Shown: piece after piece, positions 43,490-51,256 of the stretch
Position numbering within the stretch: the stretch's first letter is position 1
Layout of the letters: each line of letters starts with the position of its first letter
Assembly: GCA_944386325.1 (NCBI GenBank)
Contig: CALXAP010000005.1
Span: 32,377-96,376 of the forward strand
DNA length: 64,000 bases
Direction: 5' to 3'
Source: an uncultured Clostridia bacterium
Lineage (GTDB): Bacteria > Bacillota > Clostridia > TANB77 > CAG-508
Program-made: the position numbers and the translations under genes
Notes under the pieces: generated by a model
Seen by the model: only the letters and a program-made list of their open reading frames with translations
Told to the model about the DNA's origin: nothing
The model's database searches: none

Positions 43490-43760
43490 CATACGATTTT
43501 GATATAATAATATTTCCTAAATTTTTTGGCTCAATACGATATTTAAGAATTTGTAAAATAATTTAATGAGCCTCTTTCATTCAGGCTCAAAATCAAAGAT
43601 TTTGCCCATGAACATTCCTCATTAAATTATATAACAAATTCTATAAACATCTCCAATCGCATTCAAAATTTATTCTATATTATTGTATCAAAATCTATTA
43701 ATTATAATATAGAAAAAATCAAAATAACGTCAGTAGGGGCGAACAGTGTTCGCCCGCACT
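43490..43760 (+). repeat. Roughly 265 bp direct repeat, copy 1, ending in REP-like palindrome copy 2 (43737-43755).
   Basis: About 92% identical to 44537-44795. Contains an internal hairpin GAGCCTCTTTCATTCAGGCTC. Confidence 0.85.
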
Positions 43761-43803
43761 ACAAAGTCATTTCTTAAAAAAAATAAGTATATTAATTAAT
43801 AAA

Positions 43804-44517
43804 TTGGAGAAAGAATATATGAGAAAATATGTAATTATAGATAAAAGAATGAGAGATAAAGAAAAAGAATATTTAAACAAAATCGGATATAATACTTTAG
43901 AAATAAATTATCACCCAGAAGTATATGAAGAGATTTCATCACATGTAGACATTTTTGTTTGTAAAATAAATAATAATATTTTTATAGCACCTAATATAAA
44001 AGAAATAGAATTACAAAATAAAACAATAGGAAAAAGTAAAGTATTAGAAAAGTATCCTTTAGATATAAAATATAATGTTGCAAGTATAGGAAACTATGTT
44101 ATACATAATTTTAAATATACAGATAAAACAATACTAGATTATGCAGAAAATAATGAATTAAAAAAGATTAATGTTAAACAAGGATACACAAAATGTAGTA
44201 TATCTGTAACAAGTAAAAATTCTTGTATAACTTCAGATAAATTAATAGCAAATCAATTATTAAAAAATGGTATTGATGTATTATATGTAAAAGAAAACAA
44301 TATAAACTTGCTGGATAAAGAAGGAAATCTAACACAAATGAGAGGTTTTATAGGAGGAGCTACAGGAATAATAGAGGATAAATTCATTTTATTCGGTGAT
44401 AGTAAGTATTTGGATAATAGAGAAAGAATATTAAAACATATAAATAAATATGGATTAGAATTAGTAGAATTTAAAGGTGAGTTAATACATGATTATGGGG
44501 GAATTGTATTAGTGTAA
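43804..44517 (+). CDS. Hypothetical protein (237 aa) bracketed by the 265 bp direct repeats.
   Basis: ORF with no recognisable catalytic motif. Gly-rich segment FIGGATGII near the C-terminus. Confidence 0.4.
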   Translation: MEKEYMRKYVIIDKRMRDKEKEYLNKIGYNTLEINYHPEVYEEISSHVDIFVCKINNNIFIAPNIKEIELQNKTIGKSKVLEKYPLDIKYNVASIGNYVIHNFKYTDKTILDYAENNELKKINVKQGYTKCSISVTSKNSCITSDKLIANQLLKNGIDVLYVKENNINLLDKEGNLTQMRGFIGGATGIIEDKFILFGDSKYLDNRERILKHINKYGLELVEFKGELIHDYGGIVLV

Positions 44518-44536
44518 ATGTTATAGTTAACGTCTG

Positions 44537-44795
44537 TAAGATTTTAATATAATAATATTTCATAAATTTTTCGGCTCAATACGATGTTTAAGAATTTGTA
44601 AAATAATTTAATGAGCCTCTTTCATTCAGGCTCAAAATCAAAGATTTTGCCCATGAACATTCCTCATTAAATTATATAACAAATTCTAAAAACATCTCCA
44701 ATCGCATTCAAAATTTATTCAACATTATTATATCAAAATCTTAAACCATAATATAAAAAAATCTAATGTAGGGGCGAACATTGTTCGCCCGCACA
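44537..44795 (+). repeat. Roughly 265 bp direct repeat, copy 2, ending in REP-like palindrome copy 3 (44772-44790).
   Basis: See copy 1. It lies immediately 3' of the bracketed gene. Confidence 0.85.
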
Positions 44796-44998
44796 ACATA
44801 GAAATTACTAAAAACTGAATATATAATTATAGTAGTGAATAGTAATAGAAAATGTAAAAAACATGTAAATTTAAGTAAGAAATATTTACAAAAATATCAA
44901 ATTATGATATATAAATACTATGTTATTGTTTTAGGATTATAGTAGGGAGCGGTCAGATACTGAATAATTAAATAATAAAAATAAGAAAGGGTTAATAT

Positions 44999-45184
44999 AT
45001 GGATAAAAAAGATATCATTATATATATACTAATGGTTCTACTAATTTTTACAATTGGAGTTATAGGTTATTTTATAGGAAAAGAAGTAGCTAAAGAAGAA
45101 TATAGAGACATCCCAATATATTCAGAAATTTATACTTTGGATAATGAATCTACATTAAATATGACAAATAATACAATAGAATAA
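44999..45184 (+). CDS. Small membrane protein (61 aa).
   Basis: One TM helix. Preceded by AAGGG RBS-like sequence. Followed by terminator-like AAAAAGAGGTTTTCTATTTTAGAATACCTCTTTTTT. Confidence 0.3.
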   Translation: MDKKDIIIYILMVLLIFTIGVIGYFIGKEVAKEEYRDIPIYSEIYTLDNESTLNMTNNTIE

Positions 45185-45291
45185 GTAAAAAAAGAGGTTT
45201 TCTATTTTAGAATACCTCTTTTTTAAGTAATATCGACAAATTAAAATATATTATGATATAATTCTAAAAAACGATATTAAGGAGGAAGTAT

Positions 45292-46704
45292 ATGGCAAGA
45301 TATAGATGTAAAATTTGTGGATATATATATGATGAAGAAAAAGAAGGAGTGAAATTTAACGATTTACCAGTTGATTGGAAATGTCCTCTATGTAAAGCAC
45401 CTAAAACTTCTTTTGAAAAAATTACAGAAGATAACCAGATAAAAAAAGAAGAGAATATTAAAAAAGAAAAAGTTGATTTAGCAAATTACATGAGAGAATA
45501 TGAAAGAAATTCTGATGATAAAGAAATTTGGATGAAAGATATTCATGAGATGGCAGTTACAGGAAAAAGTATTTCTTCTGCAATGGGAACAAAACTTCCA
45601 ATTGTTTCTTGGAATGATATATTAATTTTAGGTGCTCAATTAAATCCTATGCCATTATTAGACGATGAAAAGGTAAATATTCAAACTGTAATAGGTAAAA
45701 AAGCAAAAAAGCCAATGATAATAGAAAGCCCTGTTTTTGTTACGCACATGTCTTTTGGTGCTTTGTCAAAAGAGGCAAAGATAGCTTTAGCCAAGGGAAC
45801 TAGTATGGTTAAAACTGCTATTGGAAGCGGAGAGGGAGGAATACTTCCAGAGGAAAGAAAAAATGCATATAAATATATATTTGAATATATTCCAAATAAA
45901 TATAGTGTTACAGATGAAAATTTAAAAAATTCTGATGCAATTGAAATAAAAATTGGTCAAGGAACAAAACCAGGAATGGGAGGACATTTACCAGGAGAAA
46001 AGGTAACTGAAGAAATAGCAAAAATAAGAGGAAAATCAGTTGGTGAGAGTATAATGAGTCCATCAAAATTTACTGAAATAAATAACAAAGAAGATTTGAA
46101 AAAATTAGTAGATTATTTAAGGGAAAAATCAGAAGGAAGACCTATAGGAATAAAAATTGCTGCAGGTCATATAGAAAAAGATTTAGAATACATATGTTAT
46201 GCAAAACCGGATTTTATTACAATTGATGGAAGAGGCGGATCAACTGGATCTAGCCCAAAATTTTTAAAAGATGCAACAAGTATTCCAACTATATATGCAT
46301 TACATAGAGCAAGAAAATATCTTGATGAAAATAATATTGACATAGATTTAATAATTACAGGAGGATTGAGAATATCAAGTGATTTTGCAAAAGCGATAGC
46401 TATGGGAGCAGATGCAATAGCAATTGGTACTGCTGCAATGATTGCAATTGCATGTCAGCAATATAGAGTATGTAATACAGGAATGTGTCCAGTAGGAATT
46501 GGCACGCAAAGAGAAGACTTGCGTGGTAGATTAAAAATAGATGCATGTAGTCAGAGATTGGCAAATTATTTAAATGTCGTAAATGGAGAATTAAAAACTT
46601 TTGCTAGAATAACGGGAAAAGATGATATACATAAATTATCTATTGATGATTTAGTAACAACAAATAGGGAAATATCTGAATATACAAATATTTCTCATGT
46701 TTAA
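45292..46704 (+). CDS. Rubredoxin-domain / glutamate-synthase-related (GltS FMN-domain) fusion protein.
   Basis: N-terminal CKICGY...CPLCKAP rubredoxin motif fused to a GltB-like TIM-barrel domain (...[14 protein letters not shown]...). Confidence 0.65.
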   Translation: MARYRCKICGYIYDEEKEGVKFNDLPVDWKCPLCKAPKTSFEKITEDNQIKKEENIKKEKVDLANYMREYERNSDDKEIWMKDIHEMAVTGKSISSAMGTKLPIVSWNDILILGAQLNPMPLLDDEKVNIQTVIGKKAKKPMIIESPVFVTHMSFGALSKEAKIALAKGTSMVKTAIGSGEGGILPEERKNAYKYIFEYIPNKYSVTDENLKNSDAIEIKIGQGTKPGMGGHLPGEKVTEEIAKIRGKSVGESIMSPSKFTEINNKEDLKKLVDYLREKSEGRPIGIKIAAGHIEKDLEYICYAKPDFITIDGRGGSTGSSPKFLKDATSIPTIYALHRARKYLDENNIDIDLIITGGLRISSDFAKAIAMGADAIAIGTAAMIAIACQQYRVCNTGMCPVGIGTQREDLRGRLKIDACSQRLANYLNVVNGELKTFARITGKDDIHKLSIDDLVTTNREISEYTNISHV

Positions 46705-46830
46705 TATATTTATGAGAGGAAGATAAAAATATATAGTATAAAAGAAATAAAGAAAAGATTACCCTCTGAATTTATTGATGAGTTATATGAAAATTTTTCA
46801 CCATTAACTGTAGATAAAATTCTATTAGGT

Positions 46831-47670
46831 ATGTCAGTAGATAGGAATACTACTTTAAGAGTAAATACATTAAAATACAATATCCAATATTTAATGATAC
46901 AATTAAAAAAGAATAATATAAAATTTGAGAGGGTACAGTGGTATAATAATGCCCTATTATTAAAAAATATATCAGAAAAAGATATACAAAAATTAGAGAT
47001 ATATATAAATGGATATATTTATCTTCAAAGTTTATCTAGTATGATCCCTCCATTAGTGTTATCTCCAAAATCTGGAGATAAAGTATTAGATTTGACTGCA
47101 GCTCCAGGTAGCAAAACAACACAATTAGCAAATTTAATGGATAATAATGGAGAAATTATTGCTAATGAATTAGACAAAATAAGATATGAAAGACTGAAAT
47201 ATAATGTAGAAAAGCAGGGTGCAACAATTGTTAAAATGATAAATTCAAGAGGAGAAAAATTAGGAGAAAAATATCCAGAATATTTTGATAAAGTATTATT
47301 AGATGTGCCATGTAGTGGAGAAGGTAGATTTTTAATAAATAATCCAAAAACATATAGAGATTGGTCAATAAAGAAAGTTAATAATCTAGTAAAATTGCAA
47401 AAAAAATTATTAATAAGTGCATGTAAAGCATTAAAGAAAAACGGGGTTATGGTGTATTCAACATGTACTATTAATAAATATGAAAATGAATTTATATTAG
47501 ATTGGGCAACTAAAAATTTGCCACTAAAAATAGTTGATATTAATTTGATTATAAAAGACTCTATTAAAGGAGATAATGAAAAATTAGACAGGGCAATAGA
47601 TAAGGCTATAAAGATATTACCATCTAAAAGCATGGAAGGATTTTTTGTAGCTAAATTAAAGAAGGTTTAA
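46831..47670 (+). CDS. RsmB/RsmF-like (NOL1/NOP2/Sun) RNA cytosine-C5 methyltransferase.
   Basis: SAM-binding motif LDLTAAPGSKTT and catalytic DVPCSGEGRF / YSTCT Cys motifs. The frame is open upstream to 46705 with no ATG, so the true start is probably earlier and non-canonical. Confidence 0.6.
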   Translation: MSVDRNTTLRVNTLKYNIQYLMIQLKKNNIKFERVQWYNNALLLKNISEKDIQKLEIYINGYIYLQSLSSMIPPLVLSPKSGDKVLDLTAAPGSKTTQLANLMDNNGEIIANELDKIRYERLKYNVEKQGATIVKMINSRGEKLGEKYPEYFDKVLLDVPCSGEGRFLINNPKTYRDWSIKKVNNLVKLQKKLLISACKALKKNGVMVYSTCTINKYENEFILDWATKNLPLKIVDINLIIKDSIKGDNEKLDRAIDKAIKILPSKSMEGFFVAKLKKV

Positions 47671-47699
47671 TATGTTTTATAATGAATAGTTCTTTTTTT

Positions 47700-47728
47700 A
47701 TTTACAAAATTATTGAATGATTATATTT
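47700..47728 (+). promoter_or_regulatory. Sigma-A-like promoter (TTTACA-16-TATATT) for the leader-tyrS transcript.
   Basis: Hexamers with 16 bp spacing located 16 bp upstream of the leader RBS. Confidence 0.35.
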
Positions 47729-47743
47729 AAAGGAGGTGGTTGT

Positions 47744-47812
47744 ATGGATTATTATTATTATTATTATTATTATAAAAATTTAAGAAAAGGAAAGGAGAAA
47801 AAATTAAAATGA
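47744..47812 (+). CDS. Tyr-rich leader peptide uORF, MDYYYYYYYYKNLRKGKEKKLK (8 consecutive TAT codons), translationally coupled to tyrS.
   Basis: AGGAGGTGG RBS 7 nt upstream of the ATG. An (ATT)8 microsatellite read as TAT x8. The UGA stop overlaps the tyrS AUG (ATGA). Confidence 0.5.
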   Translation: MDYYYYYYYYKNLRKGKEKKLK

Positions 47813-48972
47813 ATAATTTAGAATTTATTAAAAAAATCGCAGTTGATATTATTTCAGAAGAAGAACTATCTAAGAAATTAAACGAGAAAAGAAAACTAAT
47901 AATTAAATTAGGAGCAGATCCAAGTAGACCAGATTTACATTTGGGACATACTGTCGTATTAAGAGCTTTAAAACATTTTCAAGAAATGGGTCACGATATA
48001 ATTTTTGTTATAGGAGATTTTACAGGAATGATTGGAGACCCATCAGGAAGGAATAAAACAAGACCTGCTCTAACAAAAGAGCAAACAAGAAAATCAGGTG
48101 AATCATATTTTAAACAAGTAACAAAGATTTTAGATAGAAATAAAACAAAAATTATTTATAATTCAGAGTGGTTATCTAAAATGAATTTTAATGATGTTAT
48201 TGATATTGCTAGTAAATATACAATAGCACAATTATTAGAAAGAGATGACTTCAAGAATAGATACCAAAATAATTTGCCAATAAGTGTACATGAACTATTA
48301 TATCCATTGATACAAGGTTATGATTCGGTACAACTAAAAGCAGATATAGAAATAGGTGGAACAGATCAAACATTTAATCTTCTAGTTGGTAGAGAATTAC
48401 AAAAGGCATATGGTCAAGAAAAACAAGTTGTAATTACATTTCCTCTACTAGTAGGACTTGATGGAAAAGAGAAAATGAGTAAGTCCTTAGACAATTATAT
48501 AGGTATTGATGAATCACCTGAAATAATGTATGAAAAATGTATGAAGATACCAGATAATTGTTTATTAGAATATTTTGTGCTAACAACAGATATCGAAGAA
48601 GAAAAAGCAAAAGATTATATTACAAAAGACATTGTTGAAGCACATAGGATATATGCTAGAGAAATTATAAAAATGTATCATGGTAATGAGTACATATTAG
48701 ATGCGGAAAATAGATATAATGCAATTGCTAATAATTTAATACCAGAAAATATTGAAATAATAAATATAAGTGAAAAATATTCTAAAATAAATGTAGTTGA
48801 TTTATTAACATTGCTTAATTATGCTAATTCAAAAAGTGAAGCAAAAAGAATGATAAATCAAAAGGCAGTAAAAATTAATAATGATGTTATAACAGATATT
48901 AATTATGTTATGGATTTAAAAAATGAAATAGTATTAAAATATGGAAAGAGTAAAATTATAAAGATAAATTAA
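47809..48972 (+). CDS. tyrS: Tyrosyl-tRNA synthetase.
   Basis: HLGH (HIGH-class) and KMSKS motifs, GADPSRPDLHLGH tyrosine-specific N-terminus, and a C-terminal S4-like domain. Confidence 0.85.
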   Translation: MNNLEFIKKIAVDIISEEELSKKLNEKRKLIIKLGADPSRPDLHLGHTVVLRALKHFQEMGHDIIFVIGDFTGMIGDPSGRNKTRPALTKEQTRKSGESYFKQVTKILDRNKTKIIYNSEWLSKMNFNDVIDIASKYTIAQLLERDDFKNRYQNNLPISVHELLYPLIQGYDSVQLKADIEIGGTDQTFNLLVGRELQKAYGQEKQVVITFPLLVGLDGKEKMSKSLDNYIGIDESPEIMYEKCMKIPDNCLLEYFVLTTDIEEEKAKDYITKDIVEAHRIYAREIIKMYHGNEYILDAENRYNAIANNLIPENIEIINISEKYSKINVVDLLTLLNYANSKSEAKRMINQKAVKINNDVITDINYVMDLKNEIVLKYGKSKIIKIN

Positions 48973-49091
48973 AAAATTGAAAAAACTATTGCAATTACTA
49001 AAAAAATAGTATATAATACTAATGCAATTTAAAATAGAAACTTTAAGAGCAGGTGTAAACCTGCTCTTAAAAAGTATAATGGAGGAATATT

Positions 49092-49550
49092 TTGACAAGT
49101 ATAGAAAAAAAGGTAAAAGAATTAATAGAACCAATTATAAATAAGTTGGATTATGAATTATATGATGTTATATATACTAAAGAAGGAAAAGATTATTATT
49201 TGAAAATTTTTATAGATAACGATTGCGGAATCTCATTAGAGGATTGTGAGAAAGTAAATAATGCAATTACAGATATATTAGATGAAAAAGATTATATTAA
49301 ACAACAATATTTTTTAGAGATTTCTTCTGCTGGATTAGAAAGAGTTTTAAGAGAAGATAAACATTTTAAAGATAATATAGGAAAATTAGTAGAATTAAGA
49401 TTATATAAAAATTTGATAGATAATAAAAAAATTATAAATGGTATATTAAAAGATTTTGATGATGATAGTATTACGATAGAAGTAGAAAAAGAAGATATAA
49501 GAATTGAAAGAAAAGAAATATCAAATATAAAAACTATTTATGAATGGTAA
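49092..49550 (+). CDS. rimP: Ribosome maturation factor RimP.
   Basis: RimP family pattern. Conserved position upstream of nusA. TTG start. Confidence 0.75.
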   Translation: MTSIEKKVKELIEPIINKLDYELYDVIYTKEGKDYYLKIFIDNDCGISLEDCEKVNNAITDILDEKDYIKQQYFLEISSAGLERVLREDKHFKDNIGKLVELRLYKNLIDNKKIINGILKDFDDDSITIEVEKEDIRIERKEISNIKTIYEW

Positions 49551-49573
49551 AAAATATGTAAGGAGGATGTATA

Positions 49574-50668
49574 ATGAAACCATCAGAATGTAAAGAGCTT
49601 TTAAAAGCAATGGATGAATTAGAAAAAGAGAAAGGAATAAAAAAAGATTATTTATTAGAATCTTTAGAATCATCTTTAGTAACAGCATATAAGAAAAATT
49701 ATGATTCAGCAGATAATGTAAAAATCGTAATAAATAAAGAAAATGGACAAATAAATGTTTACTCAATAAAAAAAGTTGTAGAAGTTGTAGAAAATCCAAA
49801 TTTAGAAATTTCTATAGAACAAGCACATAAAATAAGTAAAACTTTACAAATAGGTGATGAAGTAAATGTAGAAATTATACCTAAAAATTTCGGTAGAATA
49901 GCAGCACAAACTGCAAAACAAGTTGTTATACAAAAAATCAGAGAGGCAGAAAGAGAAGTTGTGTTCTCTGAATATAATGATAGAAAAGGTGAAATCTTAA
50001 CAGGTATAATACAAAAAGCAGATAGTTCAATTGTTATTATGGATCTAGGAAAAATAGAAGGAATTATGCCTGCAAAAGAACAGGTTAAAACAGAAAAATA
50101 TAGAGTAAATGATAAAATAAAAGTTTATGTTGTAGATGTAACAAAAGGAGCAAAAGGAAATCCTCAAGCAATAGTTTCTAGAAGTCATCCAGATTTTGTG
50201 AGAAAATTATTTGAGTTTGAAATTCCAGAAATATATGAAGGACTAATAGAGATAAAAAATGTATCACGTGATGCTGGAAGTAGAAGTAAAGTTGCGGTAT
50301 ACTCATCAAATCCTAATATAGATCCAGTAGGATCTTGTGTTGGACAAAAAGGTGTTAGAATTCAAAATATAATAACAGAACTAAGAGATGAAAAAATAGA
50401 TGTTATTGAATGGAGTGAAGATCCAGCTACATATATTTCTTCAGCATTATTACCAGCAAAGGTTTTAGCAGTAGATGTAAAGCCAGAAAATAAATCTGCT
50501 CAAGTAATTGTAACAGATGACCAATTATCTTTAGCAATAGGTAAGTCTGGTCAAAATGCAAGATTAGCAGCTAAATTAACAAACTGGAAAATAGATATAA
50601 AAAGTGAATCACAATTTAGAGAATTACTTAATAATACAAATGAAGAACAGAAAGAAGAAATTGAATAA
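49574..50668 (+). CDS. nusA: Transcription termination/antitermination factor NusA.
   Basis: N-terminal domain, S1 domain, and two KH domains (GxxG: VGQKGVRIQNI, IGKSGQNARLA). Confidence 0.9.
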   Translation: MKPSECKELLKAMDELEKEKGIKKDYLLESLESSLVTAYKKNYDSADNVKIVINKENGQINVYSIKKVVEVVENPNLEISIEQAHKISKTLQIGDEVNVEIIPKNFGRIAAQTAKQVVIQKIREAEREVVFSEYNDRKGEILTGIIQKADSSIVIMDLGKIEGIMPAKEQVKTEKYRVNDKIKVYVVDVTKGAKGNPQAIVSRSHPDFVRKLFEFEIPEIYEGLIEIKNVSRDAGSRSKVAVYSSNPNIDPVGSCVGQKGVRIQNIITELRDEKIDVIEWSEDPATYISSALLPAKVLAVDVKPENKSAQVIVTDDQLSLAIGKSGQNARLAAKLTNWKIDIKSESQFRELLNNTNEEQKEEIE

Positions 50669-50682
50669 AAGAGGTGAATATC

Positions 50683-50949
50683 TTGAAAAAACAACCACAA
50701 AGAACTTGTATGGGATGTAATGCAAAAAAAGACAAAAAAGAATTAATAAGAATTGTAAAGAGTAAAGATGGAGATATTCAAATAGATAAAACAGGAAAGC
50801 AAAATGGCAGAGGGGCATATATTTGTAATGATATAAATTGTTTAGAAAAATTAATAAAATCAAAAAGATTAGAAAAAGTTTTTGAAATGACTATTAGTGA
50901 AGAAGTATATAATAATTTAAGAGGTGTAATTATTGACAAAAGAGGATAA
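50683..50949 (+). CDS. rnpM: YlxR/RnpM (DUF448) small RNA-binding protein.
   Basis: RTCMGCNAKKDKKELIR...GRGAYIC motif. Conserved nusA-ylxR-L7Ae-infB order. Start chosen as the TTG after the GAGGTG SD. Confidence 0.65.
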   Translation: MKKQPQRTCMGCNAKKDKKELIRIVKSKDGDIQIDKTGKQNGRGAYICNDINCLEKLIKSKRLEKVFEMTISEEVYNNLRGVIIDKRG

Positions 50950-51256
50950 GATTTATGGTTTAATAGGTTTAGCAGCTAGGGCAAGAAAACTAGCTTATGG
51001 ATATGATTCAGTTGTAGAATTAATTAAAAAAAACAAAGCTAAATTAGTAATTGTTGCAAAAGATGCATCAGAAAAAACTAAAAAAAATATAGAATATATT
51101 AGCAATAAATATAATGTAAAATTTATAACTTTTGGCAATAAAGAGAAATTAAGTCATATAATAGGAAAAGAAAATAAAGTAATTATTGCTTTAAAAGATG
51201 CAAATTTATCAGGGGAAATTTGTAAAAGATTTTATGGGGGTGATGCTATTGAGTAA
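50933..51256 (+). CDS. L7Ae-family ribosomal-protein-like protein (YlxQ).
   Basis: L7Ae fold pattern ([16 protein letters not shown]...LVIVAKDAS). Conserved position before infB. Confidence 0.65.
   Translation: MTKEDKIYGLIGLAARARKLAYGYDSVVELIKKNKAKLVIVAKDASEKTKKNIEYISNKYNVKFITFGNKEKLSHIIGKENKVIIALKDANLSGEICKRFYGGDAIE

Noticed and set aside
47671-47808. T-box riboswitch upstream of tyrS.
   Set aside because: The interval is too short, at about 138 nt including a promoter. No specifier-loop/antiterminator architecture or conserved T-box sequence (AGGGUGGNACCGCG) is present. The Tyr-codon uORF is proposed instead.
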